NCBI GenBank assembly: GCA_038087875.1
Contig: CM075997.1
Span: 7,194,001 to 7,258,000 of the forward strand
Direction of reading: 5' to 3'
Origin: Malacoraja senta
Lineage: Eukaryota
DNA: 64,000 nucleotides
Part shown: piece after piece, positions 26,238 through 40,014 of the stretch
How positions within the stretch are numbered: the stretch's first letter is position 1
Layout of the letters: every line of letters begins with the position of its first letter
Notes under the pieces: model-generated
The model's database searches: none
The model's input: only the letters and a program-made list of their open reading frames with translations
What the model was told of the DNA's origin: nothing
Position numbers and translations under genes: made by a program

Positions 26238-26512
26238 CATGAATAGATAGTAGCTCAGGACCGCACTCTAGTTGTCGGGAGCATGATTATGAAATAAGAT
26301 TTGACGTTGAAAAACAAACAGCAGGTCACAATTGATTTTCTCAGCAACGGTCTCTGTTCCCAACGACTCACTGGATCCCACAACCCAACCTACTAGCCTC
26401 TCAACAAAGCTCTCTCTTGCCCATATCCCTCATGGTCCTTTGAAGACGTTCTCATCCTATCTTTTAATTACACGAATGCACACTATTACCTCATTCAATC
26501 TATTCCACACCT

Positions 26513-26832
26513 TTAGTTTAGTTTAGTTTAGTTTAGAGATATAGTGCGGAAACAGGCCCTTCGACCCACCGGGTCCGCGCCGACCGGCGATCCCCGCACA
26601 TTAACACTATCCTACACACACTAGGGACATTAAAAAAAAAAAACATTCACCAAGCCAATTAACCTCCAAACTTTGCAGTGTGGGAGGAAACCGAAGATCT
26701 CGGAGAAAACCCACGCAGGTCACGGGGAGAACGTACAAACTCCGTGCAGACAGCACCCGTAGTCGGGATCGAACCCGGGACTCAGGTGCTGCATTCGCTG
26801 TAAGGCAGCAACTCCACCGCTGCGCCACTGTG
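26513..26832 (-). mobile_element. V-SINE
   Basis: Complete head, core and tail. Confidence 0.88.
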
Positions 26833-27688
26833 ACCAGCCTAAATCCTGGTTACTTATCTTCCCAAATCTTCCTAAATATGTACACTTCCTCATCTTGTTT
26901 CCTGAGATTCATATTCGCTGTATTTAAGGTCAAGGTCATTATAAGCTGTAAAAATCTGACAATATCAGGTCAAGGTCAAGTTAAATTCAAGTCATAAATT
27001 CAATTCCAGTAGGGAAACAGGCCTTTCAGCCCAACTGCTCCATGCTGACCCAAGATGCCCCATCTAAACTAATCCCATTTATCCACTATAGACACAAAAT
27101 GCTGGAGTAACTCAGAGGGTCAGGCAGCATCTGTGGAGAAAAGGAATAGGTGACGTTTCAGACTGTGAGTCAGGGGAGAGGGAAACTAGGGGTATGCAGT
27201 GGTTTAATTTAGTTTATTGTCACGTTCACCGAGGTAGGGTGAAAATGTTTTGATGCGTGCTAACCATTCAACGGAAAGACAATACATGATTACAATCGAG
27301 CCGCTCGCAACGTACGGATACATGATAAGGGAATAACATTTGGTGCAAGGTAAACCAAGGTTCAGAACCAATCGGAGCCGGCACCAATGACCAGGATGGA
27401 GCCCACAATGGTCCATTGTTGGTTGTGGAAGTGGTGATAAGGAATGGATATTTGGATGCAAACGTATTTCGCTTATCTATTAGCGGCGGCAGCAGGGGGA
27501 GGGGCTCGGGAGGCCCCGACCACGAGTGAACAACAGAGGAAGATGACTGAACTTTAGTGCCTTCCCTCACAGTGGGCAGCTTTGACTCCGCTGTGTGGGG
27601 ATGTTTGTGTTAAAGACTATCGTGTTCTGTGCTCTTTTTTTTAAATTCGCATGGCTGTATGGTGACCACAAATTTCACTGTACCAATT

Positions 27689-28512
27689 CTCTCTCTCTTC
27701 CGTCCGGAAGTGGCGGTGCTGCCCTGCAGCTGCGGCTCGCCTGCAGTCCGTCTGTCTTTTCTTTTTCTTGTTTTCTTTTGTCCTGTTGATTTAGTTTATT
27801 TCAGTTTATTTTAGTTGTGTATGTGTGTGTGTGTGGGGGGGGAGAAATTCTTCCTTCGGGGGGGGATGCGACCTTTTCTTGTCGTATCCTCCGTCTCCGT
27901 CTGCGCTGAGGCCTAATGGCGGAGCTGGCGGCCTCCAACTGGGACCGGCCTCGAGGCTCCGGAGGCAGAGCCAGGACTCACCATCGCGAAGCTGGCCGAC
28001 TTCGGGGCTGTGGTGGCGTTGCGGCGGCGACCTGACTTCGGGCCCTCGGAGGCTTCGGCCGCGGGCCCAGTGGACGACAACGTCGGGAGCTCGCCGGTCC
28101 CAGGTTGGTGACCGGTTCTCCGGAGCTCCCGCAACGACAGCATCGTCCGCTGGACTGGAGGGCGGCAGCTTCGTCCGCTTCGCCGCCCCGGGACGCGGAG
28201 TTTGAACCGGCCCGTTCGCGGAGCTCGGCTCGGATTCAGCCGTGGGACTTGCTTACCATCACCCGGCGGGGTCACAACATCGGAAGCCTGGATCGCCTCA
28301 ACGCAGAGGGAGAACAAGGAGGGAAGAGACAAGGACTTTAAGACTTTTGCCTTCCATCACAGTGAGGAGGTGCCTGGTAGACTCACTGTGGTGGATGTTA
28401 AACTGTGTTAAGTGTGTGTATTGTTATTTTATTCTATGTTATGACTGCAAGGTAAGAAATTTTGTTCAGACTGGAAAGTCTGAATGACAATAAAGGACAC
28501 TTTGACTGACTT
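27689..28512 (+). mobile_element. GC-rich non-coding non-autonomous retroelement
   Basis: Starts ctctcttccgtccggaagtggcgg; ends gaatgacaataaagg-(ttgac) like LINE tails; related copy at 35321-36075. Confidence 0.6.
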
Positions 28513-31407
28513 TGGTGAACGTGACAATAAATGTCCCTTGTCTTGTCTTGTCTTGTCTTGTCTATTATATATATATATCTGTTTAATCCATAATCGGCCT
28601 AGATCACTCTAAACCTTTCCTACATGAACCTGTCCAAATGTCCTTTTAATGTTGGTATTGTACCTCCTCAACCCATTCCATACACCTTTGTGTGAAAAAT
28701 ACAAGTCTATCTAACCTCTCCCTTCAGCTCCAATCCAGGTAGCATCTGGTAAATCTCCTCTGCACCCTCTCCAAAGCCTCTTGTATCATCTTTCCTGTAA
28801 TGGGGCGACATGCCAGAACTGAATGGACTTAAGAAGCAGTTAGACAGGTACATGGATAGGACAGGTTTGGAGGGATATGGACCAAGCGCAGGCAGGTGGG
28901 ACTGGTGCAGCTGGGACATGTTGGCCGGTCTGGACAAGTTGGGCCGAAGGGCCTGTTTCCACTCTGTCTCTGCCTCAGAGGGCGGTGGAGGCAGATTCTC
29001 TGGATGCTTTCAAGAGAGAGCTAGATAGGGCTCTTAAAATGGTGGGGTCAGGGGATATGGGGAGAAGGCAGGAACTGGGTACTGATTGGGGATGATCAGC
29101 CATGATCACATTAAATGGCGGTGCTGGCTCGAAGGGCCGAATGGCCTACTCCTGCACCTATTGTGTATTGACTCTGACTATGACTTTATAGACCATTTCT
29201 TATTATAGTATTTTAATTAATTTAAATTAAGTAGAAAATGCAGAATGTCAATAGTTCTAACCTCCCCTTCAGGTCAATTGATTATTCATTGAGAGTTCAG
29301 GGTGAACCTCCATAACATTAATAAATTGCATTTATATATAATGTTATAAATGATCTCAGGCCATTTTATACGTGCTATTGAATACAGTTGATACTGAACC
29401 ACATGTAATGATAGGAAGGAACTGCAGATGCTAGTTTAAACCAAACACAGACACAAAATGCTGGAGTAATTCAGCGGGATAGGCAGCATCTCTGGAGAGA
29501 AGGAGTGGGTGAGGTTTCGGGTTGAGACCCTTCTTCAGACGTGTGCCTACCACATGTAATGGTAGTTCAGCTACACTCACTAGTTGCCTTTTCTAAGATA
29601 CCTTGTGCTATGGTAATGGGAATGTTATAAAGACAATTTAGAGTTTAGTCGTAGTTTAGGTATAGCATGGAAACAGGCCCTTCAGCCCACCGAGTCCCGC
29701 ACCAACCAGCGATCACCCCAAACACTAGTACTATCCTACACACTAGGGACAAATTTGCAATTTACCAAACCTAATTAACTACAAATCCGCACGTCTTTGG
29801 GATGTGTGAGGAAACTGGAGCACCCGGAGAAAACCCACGTGGTCACAGGGAGAACGTACAAACTCAGGCCGGTGGGACTAGTTTAGATGGGGCATGTTGG
29901 TCGACATGGGCAAGTTGGGCTGAAGGGCCCTGTTTCCATGCTGGATTACTCCATGACTATGGAAAGTTGGTTAAGGTGTCCATTTAAGAGCAGTTCATTT
30001 TCATTAGTCTTTAAAACATACTGTGAGAAATTAATGCTTAAAGAAAAAATTATATGCCTTTAAAAAAAAAGGTAGGTAGACACAAAAAGCTGGAGTAACT
30101 CAGCGGGACAGGCAGCATCTCTGGAGAGAAGGGATAGGTGACGTTTCAGGTCAAGCTTTTTGGGCACTGTGGCGCAGCGGTAGAGTTACTGACTTACAGC
30201 GCCCGAGACCCCGGTTCGATCCCGACCACGGGTACTGTCTGTACGTTCTCCCCGTGACCGTGTGGGTTTTCTCCGAGATCTTTGGTTTCCTCCCACACTC
30301 CAAAAACATGCAGGCTTGTAGGTTAATTGGCTTGGTGTAATGAATTGATCACATTGAATGGGCGATCACACTCAAAGGGCCGAATGGCCTACTCCTGCAC
30401 CTATTGTCTATTGTAATTGTAAAATTGTCCCCAGTGTGTGTAGGATAGTGTTATGGGGAGAACGTAGGCACGGGTTATTGATTGGTCAGCCATGATCACA
30501 ATGAATGGTGGTGCTGGCTCGAAGGGCTGAATGGCCTCCTCCTGCACCTATTTTGAATGTTTAGGTTTCTAAGACCCTTCTTCAGACAGTCAAGGGAAAG
30601 GGAAAACAAGAGATATCCACGATGTAGAGAGATATGGAACAAATGAATGAAAGATTTCTTGATTAGTACGGTGGAAGGGGGTTATGGGGAGAAGGCAGGA
30701 GAATGGGGTTAGGAGGGAGAGATAGATCAGCCATGATTGAATGACGGAGTAGACGATGGGCTGAATGGCCTAATTCTGTTCTTATCCCCTATAAACTTAA
30801 ATGCAAGAAAGTACCAATGTGTTTCTTATTTTCTTTTGTGCTTTTGTACTTGAATTCTGTCCTTGATTTGTGTACTGTGGTGTTTTTATATTTAATTGAC
30901 GTGTTATGTGTTTTGTGTTATGTGTTTTGTATTTCTGTGATTCTATGCCTTGTAAGGTGTCCTTGGGTTTTAGAAAGGCACCAGTAAATAAAATGAATTA
31001 TTATTATTATAATGATAAAGGGAAACAGTCCATTGTTAGCTGTGGGCGAGGAGCAAATGAGTTGTATAAAATGTATCTCTTGGCCAGGTAAGTGGATAGG
31101 AAAGGCTGAGAGAGGTATGGGCAAATGGATCATCTTAGTGGGGCATCTGGGCCAGCATGGGCGAGTTGGGCCGAAGGGTCTGTTTCCATGCTGTTTGACG
31201 TTATGGACATGTATAAATAAAACAAATAGATAGGCAGCCATCATTTCCCAGCAGTTTGCACAAATATCACTCTTGAAAATTCACAGTAGTTTTCGTTCCA
31301 GATTTTTAGTTGTAGAACGTTCCAATTTTAGCCAAACCTTGAGGCCAGAAATTGGACCCGGCCAGCCATACCTGCCTTCAAGCTGTGAAATGGCCACTAA
31401 GTCCAAG

Positions 31408-31448
31408 TCCAATTGGAGGCGTGGGTTCGAATCCCACTTCTGACACCA
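31408..31448 (+). pseudogene. 3' 41 nt of mature tRNA-Leu (variable arm, T-arm, acceptor strand, CCA); extended PBS of the adjacent LTR
   Basis: tccaattggaggcgtgggttcgaatcccacttctgacacca matches the recalled vertebrate tRNA-Leu(CAA/CAG) 3' end; no 5' half. Confidence 0.85.
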
Positions 31449-31658
31449 TGTAAAGACTTGTCAAACACGTAATGTCTTCACTCTTAGTTTATTGCATACA
31501 TTGTAGTCGTACACACACATATTGCCCTAGCTGTTCGTGGTCCATTACCGGAGCTAGAGAGCGAGCTGGAGGTGGGAAGGTTACAATTATACTGAAGATA
31601 ATGGGGAGTGGTTAGTAGTGGTGAGGTCATTATGTTAAAGTACATGCACTGATCTACA
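31449..31658 (-). mobile_element. Gypsy-type LTR
   Basis: Minus strand TGTAGA...TTTACA termini; AATAAA (31488-31493) ~40 nt from the 3' end; followed directly by TGGTGTCAGAAGTGGGAT (tRNA-Leu PBS). Confidence 0.7.
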
Positions 31659-31878
31659 GGCATGTTATCATCAAACTTTGGTGATGAGTCTGTGGAATCC
31701 ATTTCCGCAGAGGGCTGTGGAGGCCAAGTCAATGGATATTCTAAGGCCAGAGATAGATAGATTGTTGATTAGTACAGATGTCAAGGGCTTATGGGGAGAA
31801 GGCAGGAGAATGGGGTTGAAAGGGAGAGACAGATCAGCCGTGATCTTCTGGAGAAGATGTAACATTTTTCAGACAAGT

Positions 31879-31906
31879 CTGAGGAAGGGTCTCGACCCGA
31901 AACGTC
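31879..31906 (+). ncRNA. Minimal hammerhead-ribozyme-like motif
   Basis: CTGAGGA-A-GGGTCTCGACCC-GAAAC-GTC. Confidence 0.55.
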
Positions 31907-32049
31907 ACCCATTACCTCTCTCCAGAGATGCTGCCTGAGTTACTCCAACATTTTGCGTCCATCCTATGTTTACATATTTATTGTGCTGCTGAAGTAAGAA
32001 CTTCATTTTTCCACTTCGGGACATATGACAATAAAACATCTTGACTCTA

Positions 32050-32590
<541 letters not shown>

Positions 32591-33009
32591 CCTGAAACAT
32601 CACCCATTCTTCTCTCCAGAGATGCTGTCTGTCCCGCTGAGTTACTCCAGCATTTCTGTTTAAACCAGCATCTGCAGTTACATCCTACTCAATATTCATA
32701 CCCTGTGTAGTTGGATGTGGACATTTCTAAAGCACTCACGGAGGATGTTTCAGTCTGGGATCTGCAGAGGCAGGCACTTGGCAGCACGGATGGAAATGAA
32801 GGCCTGGAGTATAGAGGCTGCTGACAGCAGCAGCACCACCCCAGGAATCTCACAAACCATTCAACATTCTGTCCGCATGCGATCACTCGTGCTTCACACA
32901 GATATTTTAAGCAGTCAAGTAAAAGTATTTTCTCTATGCTCACGTTACACAAGTGCAGATGTTGCCTGCTATAGATTCCTTGGTACAATCGGTGTGGTAG
33001 ATGCATGCA

Positions 33010-33760
33010 CGTTGGTGTGGGTGTGTGCATGGCTGTGTATGTGTGTGTGTGTGTGTGTGTGTGTTTGTGTGAATTTGTGTATGTGTGCGCTTGTGCGTGT
33101 CGGTGTGTTTGTGTACATTTGTGTGTGCGTGTTTATGCGTGTGTGTGCCTGTGTGTTTGTGTGTGTTGTGTGTGTTTGAGTGTGTTTGTGTACATTTGTG
33201 TGTGCGTGTTTATGCGTGTGTGTTTGTACGTGTGTGTTTGTGCATGTGTGTTTGTGCGTGTGCTTGTGCGTGTGTGTTTGTGCGTGTGTTTGTGCGTGTA
33301 CATGTGTGTTTGTGCGTGTGCGTGTGTGTGTGCGTGTGTTTGTGCGTGTAGTGTGTGTTTGTGCGTGTGCGTGTGTGTTTGTGCATGTGTTTGTGCGTAT
33401 ACGTGTGTGTTTGTGCATGTGCGTGTGTGTGTGTGCGTGTGTTTGCGTGTACGTGTGTGTTTGTGCGCGTGCGTGTGTGTTTGTGCGTGTGTTTGTGCGT
33501 GTACGTGTGTGTTTGTGCATGTGCGTTGGTGTGTGTGCGTGTGTTTGTGTGTGTACGTGTGTGTTTGTGCGTGTGCGTGTGTTTGTGCGTGTGCGTGTGT
33601 GTTTTATTTTGTGTGCATGTGTGTGTCTGTGTTTATGTGTGTTGTACATGTTTGTGTGTGCGTGTGTGTTTGTGTGTGTGTGTTTGTGCGTGTGCGTGTG
33701 TGTTTGTGTGCATGTGTGTGTCTGTGTGTGTTGTACGTTTGTGTTTGTGTGTGTGCGCAA
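33010..33760. repeat. Degenerate (GT)n/(GC) microsatellite
   Basis: Direct inspection. Confidence 0.95.
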
Positions 33761-34304
33761 GTTTGTATGCGGTATGCGGTACCCACGGACGCCTGCGTTG
33801 CTACCATGCTGCGTTTGTCTATTTGCGTGTGGTGTTGAGGATACCATCCTTACGCAATGCACCTCGATCCGTTTCTGAGATTCATGGACAATCACTCATG
33901 AGAATTTCTCTCAGCTGCAGGCTGAACATGCAGCGGCAGCACAGAACTGCAAGTCGTAATGCTAAGCACACGTCCATTTCATCTGCAATATTGCCTCATT
34001 ACAACTGAAAATAACATTAAATTTTAAAGGCTTGTTTTGCAGAGTAAGCACATTGCTGTTAATACTGCCCTCAGCAGCAGAGGTGCCAGGGGGACTACTG
34101 ATGAATGTAACAGCTCATGACAGGGAATTTCCCACGAGTAAATGGTTGCAACTCTTTCATCCAAAGACATTGCCAGCAAACCAGAGAGCGCTATGATGTT
34201 GTCCAAACGCCAAGTGCTGACATTTCTGGTTCCATGTTTTTTGCTGTCAGCTGATAAAAAAAAAACAAGTGGTTCATTTATCCGCTGTTTAAGATTGCAC
34301 GATG

Positions 34305-34600
34305 TTTAGTTTTGTAGTTTTTAGTTTAGACATACAGCGCTGTAACAGGCCCCACCGAGTCCCCCCACACTAAGACTATCCTACACACACTGGGGAAAAG
34401 TTACACTTAACCTCCAAAGCCAATTAACCTCCAAACCTGCACGTCTTTGGAGTGTGGGAGGAAACCGGAGCACCCGGAGAAAAGCCACGCAGGTCACGGG
34501 GAGAACGTACAAACTCCGTACAGACAGCCCCCGTAGTCGGGAGCGAACCCGGGACTCTGGCGCTGTAAGCGCTGTCAGGCAGCAACTCTACCGCTGCACC
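34305..34600 (-). mobile_element. V-SINE
   Basis: SINE core and tail on the minus strand. Confidence 0.85.
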
Positions 34601-35149
34601 ATGTGGGATGTGGGGGCAGTTTTATATTTGGTAAGATGTTTTGTAAAGAAAGTTGGTCAGTTTGAGATCTTGTAAGCAGAACCATTTAGCTTGCCTTGTT
34701 CCTGCATTTTTTTTAAAAATCTCATTTGTTCCCACCTCTCTTTTCTTCTCTCGTTCCTTCTCCCATTCCTCCTCTCGTTCTTTCTCTTCATAAGTTCATA
34801 CGTTATCAGAGCAGAATTAGGCCATTCGGCCCATCCAATTACTCCACCATTCAATCATGGCCGATCTATCTCTTCCTCTCAACCCCATTCTCCTGCCTTC
34901 TCCCCATAGCCCCCGACACCCGCACTAATCAAGAATCTGTCAACCTCCACCTTAAAAATAACCATGGACTTGCAGTGTGGATGTGCCGGGAACCTGGTTG
35001 TGGGCTTGGTCCTCCAAAGGCCTATCTGCACCAATGAATAAGTCAAGTAACTCAGCGGGACAGGCAGCATCTCTGGAGTGAAGGAATGGGTGATGTTTCG
35101 GGTCGAGACTCTTCATCAGACTGAAAGTCACAGGAAAGGGAAACGAGCG

Positions 35150-36374
35150 TGTAGTAGCCATTCAGCTTAACTCAGTATATTATAATTATATCCAGTTACC
35201 TTTAATTTTATTTGCCTGTAATTATGTGGGTGGGATTTATACGTAGTCTGGGGCGTGTTCGTGGCTAGGAAACTGGCGCAGACTCCTAGATAGTTTTTTA
35301 GTTTAGTTCGGTGAAGACCAGAATTAGAATTAGAATGCCTTTATTGTCATTCAAACAAACATAGGTTTGAACGAAATTTCCGTTCCCTGCGGCCATAACA
35401 GCAAAAAAACAACCAAAACACACAATTAACACAATTCCACACAAACATCCATCACAGTGAATCTCCAAACACCTCCTCACTGTGATGGAAGGCAAAAGTC
35501 TTATCTCTTCCCTGTTCTTCTCCCGCGGTCCAGCAGTCCAACTGCTGTGTCGAGGCTCTTGATGTTAAAGCCCCCCGGCGGGAGATGGTAAGTCCCGCAG
35601 TTGATTAAGCCGTCCGGGCGGTGTAAGGCCCTGCGCCGGGCCGATTCAAACGCCGCGATTCGGGGGCGGGCGAAGTTTCCGTTGCGGGAGCTCCCGAAAA
35701 TCGGTCTCCTACCAGGGACCTGCGAGCTCCCGATTTTACCGTCCACAGGACCCGCGGCCGAAGCCTCCAAAGTCGGGTCGCAGCTGCAGCGCCACCACAG
35801 CCTCCGAAGTCAGCCAGCTCCGCGATGGTAAGTAAGTCCGCAGGCTCTACGACTGGAGCCCTCAGGTCGACTCCAGTTGGAGGACGCCGGCTCCACGACG
35901 TTAGGTCCCAACGACAACGGAGACACGACAAGGAAAAGGGTTCAAGGAAGAGATTTTAAAACGTTTCCCCCACCCCCCATCCACCCCCCCCCCACATAAA
36001 TATAAAACTAAAAATATACCAAAAACATACTCCTAACAAGACAAAAAAATAAGAAGAAAGACAGACAGACACACCACCAGAAACACTGGAAAAGACTCGG
36101 GGGAAGATATAATTTGCTTCACGACATGATTGAAACGTATATATTGCTGGAAGACTATGTACTTATACAAGAAGACGTTTTTATGAGTGATTTTATTGTT
36201 TTGTACTACTACAATAAAGAAACTGATAATCAAGAGAGTGTTTTTGGAATATTCATCTTTCGACGGCTTTGAATGTGGAGAGCTCGTGGAATGCGTAACC
36301 TTCTGAACCATAGTCAGCATATTAGTGACTATCGAGGACTAAAACCTTGAGACGTCGTAAAGACTGTCACGACA
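35150..36374 (+). mobile_element. Solo LTR (~470 bp net), interrupted by a GC-rich element
   Basis: TGTAGT...ACGACA termini, internal AATAAA, 5-bp TSD gagcg/gaggg (1 mismatch); host Penelope-derived repeat resumes across it. Confidence 0.65.
35321..36075 (-). mobile_element. GC-rich non-autonomous retroelement (related to 27689-28512)
   Basis: Shared aagacttttgccttccatcacagtgaggaggtg and gaatgacaataaagg; flanked by accagaa duplication. Confidence 0.65.
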
Positions 36375-36724
36375 GAGGGATATAGACGGTGATGTAGAGA
36401 GATATAGAACAAATGAATGAAAGATATGCAAAAAAGCTCTTTGTTCTCACCGAGCAAACAGCTAACAATGGCCTGTTTCCTCTATCATTGTTGCATATCT
36501 TTTTTTGCATCTTTCATTCATTTGTTCTATATCTCTCTACATCACCGTCTACATCTCTTGTTTCCCTTTCCCCTGCCTATGTCTGAAGAAGGGTCTCGTC
36601 CCGAAAGGTCACCTATTCCTTTTCTCCAGAATTGCTGCCTGACCCGCTGAGTTTCTCCAGCATTTTGAGTCTCGCACTGGTGACTGTTGGTCGATTATTC
36701 AGCCCTTCCTTGCTTCATTTTTCT

Positions 36725-36799
36725 TCTATCTATCTATTTGTCTGTCTGTCTGTCTGTCTGTCTCTGTCTGTCTGTCTGTCTGTCTGTCTGCCTGCCTGC

Positions 36800-36848
<49 letters not shown>

Positions 36849-36870
36849 CATCTATATATCTATCTATCTG

Positions 36871-36904
<34 letters not shown>

Positions 36905-36931
36905 CATCTATCTATCTATCTATCGCTGCTA

Positions 36932-36986
<55 letters not shown>

Positions 36987-36990
36987 GCCT
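36725..36990. repeat. (TCTG)n/(TCTA)n microsatellite
   Basis: Direct inspection. Confidence 0.95.
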
Positions 36991-37246
36991 GCCCATTCCT
37001 TCTCTCCAGAGATGCTGCCTGTCCCGCTGAGTTACTCCAGCATCTTTTGTCTATCTTCGGTTTAAACCAGCATCTGCAGTTCCTTCCTACACAATGGATA
37101 AGTCAATGTGATTTCATCACGAGCATGGCTCAATGTAGAAGTACCACTGATGCCGTATGCAGGGGCTGGGGCAAGTGGACCATCTGATCAGTGTTGAGTT
37201 GTGGGTCTTGAGCAGAGGTCTGTGTACACCATGGAGACTCACCTTA

Positions 37247-37881
37247 AGGGCCTGTCCCACTTGCCGATATTTTCGCCGACTGCCGGCATCATTGACTGAC
37301 GTATTAGGTCACCGAAAAATTTGCGGGATGATGATGTTTGACGTTTAGAAGGATGAGAGGGAATCTTATTGAAACATATAAGATTATTAAGGGTTTGGAC
37401 ATGCTAGAGGCAGGAAACATGTTCCCAATGTTGGGGGAGTCCAGAACCAGGGGCCACAGTTTAAGAATAAGGAGTAAGCCATTTAGAACGGAGACGAGGA
37501 AACACTTTTTCTCACAGAGAGTTGTGAGTCTGTGGAATTCTCTGCCTCAGAGGGCGGTGGAGGCAGGTTCTCTGGATGCTTTCAAGAGAGAGCTAGATAG
37601 GGCTCTTAAAAATAGCGGAGTCAGCGGATATAGGGAGAAGGCAGGAACGGGGTACTGATTGGGGATGATCAGCCATGATCACATTGAATGGCGGTGCTGG
37701 CTCGAAGGGCCGAATGGCCTACTCCTGCACCTATTGTCTATTGTCTATTGACGTGCGGTGTTTTTTCAAGTGTCGCAACATTTTTTTTGTCGCCGCTGGA
37801 TTTTGAAATGTTCAACATCTTTTGGCGACACTGATATGACTCCGGCAGTCGCCGAAAAAATCGCCAAGTGGGACGGGCCCT
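37247..37881. mobile_element. PIF/Harbinger-type MITE with nested CR1
   Basis: tta|agggcctgtcccacttg ... caagtgggacgggccct|tta. Confidence 0.88.
37343..37750 (+). mobile_element. Young CR1 3' fragment
   Basis: FRRMRGNLIETYKII...AGTGY, (ctattgt)n tail, ttgacgt duplication at the junctions. Confidence 0.92.
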
Positions 37882-38334
37882 TTACATAGTACATAGAACT
37901 GAACAACACAGGAGCAAGCTCCTCGACCCACCATGTCTTAGTTCAGTTTAGTTTAGTTTATTGTCACGTGTACTGAGGTACGGCCAAAAGCTTTTGTTGC
38001 GTGCTATCAGACAATACATGATTACAATCGAGCCGTCTACAGTGTACAGATACATGATAAAGGGAATAACGTTTAGTAGAAGATAAAGTCCTGTCAATAA
38101 TTATGAGCGTATAAAATCATGAGAGGAATAGATCGGGGAGATGCACAGTCACTAGCCCAGAGTAGGTGAATCGAGGACCAGAGGAAATAGATTCAAGGTG
38201 AAGGGGAAAGATTTAATAGGAATCTGAGGGGCAACTTTTTCACACTGAGGGTGGTGGGTGTATGGAAGAAGCTGCCAGAGGAGGTAGTTGAGGCTGGGAC
38301 TATCCCAACGTTTAAGAAACATTTAGACAGGTAA

Positions 38335-39312
38335 TAATAATAATACATTTTATTTATGGGCACCTTTCAAAAGTCTCAAGGACACCTTCCAAAGTTTAAC
38401 AAATAGTAGAAACATGTAAGCGGAATGAAATAAATAATAAAGACATCACGAGTACACAAATTAAAGAGAGAATTCAATCCAAAAACATAAATCAAAAACA
38501 CAATATGGAAGAGAGAGCAGCGGCTGCTAAAGCGCGCCAGCGTCCACTCTCCCCTCCGGCAGCCATCTTGGACACAAAATAAAATATCATTTACACACAC
38601 AAAAAAAAAAAATCATCCCCCCACAATGATTACCACTGTGGGGGAAGGCACAATGTCCAGTCCCCAACCCCAGTTCACCCAAAGTCAGGCCTATTGAGGC
38701 CTCCACAGTTGCCTCTACGGAGGCCCGATGTTCCTGGCCGTTCTCGCCGGGTGGAGTTGCCCCGGGCGTCGGGAGAGTCCACGCAGCGGCTGGGACGGCT
38801 GGAACGGCCGATCTCCTATTGGAGTCCGTGGCACCTGAAGCTGACAAGGCCGCGCCGATTTGGAGCTCCGAGGCTCCCGATGTTAGGGTCGGTGCCGCCG
38901 CCCGCGGCTGGCCGCTCCACAGTCCCGCAGCCCGGAGGTGTTGAGCTCGGCGGTCCAGCTCACCGGAGCTCCAGCGCGTCGATTCAGCGCGGCGACCCAG
39001 GCAAGGCATCGCCCGCTCCGCTGCACGATAGCGCTCCAGCGCTGTGCCGCCACCGGAGCTGAAGGTGCTGGGCAGTCCCCGCCAGGAAAACGCCGCTCCA
39101 CGCCCGCTGGTAGGCCGCAAGGACGGGTCGACGGGGCAGCCCGGAGAAAAAGCTGCCTCACCGACCAGGTATGGACCTAGAGATAGTTTCCCCCTTACCC
39201 CCCCATATTAAAAGTCAAAATTCCCCTAGACATAGTCAAGAAAAAAAACTAAAAACTAAATAAAAAATTGAATTTAACGGACGGCTGCTGGTTAGCAGCC
39301 GTTCCCCAAGAT
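38335..39312 (-). mobile_element. GC-rich non-autonomous element with L2-like (TAT)n tail, nested in CR1
   Basis: Minus-strand 3' end aaggtgtccttgag...aataaaatg(tat)n, like 30950-31010; internal caagatggctgcc; CR1 resumes at ggtacatggatagg. Confidence 0.6.
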
Positions 39313-39696
39313 AGCTCGATGGTACATGGATAGGACGGTTTGGAGGGATCTGGACCAAACGCAGGCAGGTGGGACTAGTGTAGCTGGGACATTGTTGGCC
39401 GGTATGGGTAAGTTGGGCCGAAGGGCCTGTTTCCACGCTGTATCACTCTATGACTCCATGTAAAGTCCAATTAAAGATAGTCTAAGGGTCTTCAAGGAGG
39501 TGGATAGTAGCTCAGGATGGCTCACTAGTTGTTGATCGAATAGAAACATAGACAATAGGTGCAGGAGTAGGCCATTCAGCCCTTCGAGTTAGCACCGCCA
39601 TTCAATATGATCATGGCTGATCATCCAGAATCAGTACCCCATTCCTGCTTTTTCTCCATATCCCTTGATTCTGTTAGCCCTAAGAACTAAATCTAA

Positions 39697-40014
39697 TAGC
39701 CCTGTCCCACTGTACGAGTTCATTCAAGAGCTCTCCCGAGTTTAAAAAAAAATCAAACTCGTGGTAAGCACTAGAATGAACGTAGCGGGTACGTCGGAGC
39801 TCGGGGACGTCTCTTAGTGGCTCGTAACGCTAACGGCAGGTACTCGGGAAATGCGGTAAGCTCGGGAAGACTCGTGAAGATTTTTCAACATGTTGAAAAA
39901 TGTCCACGAGAGCCCCGAGTACCTACGAGCGGCCATTACCGTAAATCTCCGAGTTCGAATCAGGGCAAACTCGGGAGAACTCTTGAAATGAACTCGTACA
40001 GTGGGACAGGGCTT
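39697..40014. mobile_element. PIF/Harbinger-type MITE in a CR1 tail
   Basis: taa|tagccctgtcccac...gtgggacagggctt|taa. Confidence 0.9.

Noticed and set aside
31408..31448. Functional tRNA-Leu gene
   Set aside because: No 5' half, D-arm or anticodon; the encoded CCA indicates a copy of mature tRNA
38587..39180. GC-rich ORFs or a CpG-island promoter of a host gene
   Set aside because: They lie inside a tailed element nested in CR1; overlapping ORFs on both strands are expected from GC content and show no recognisable motif
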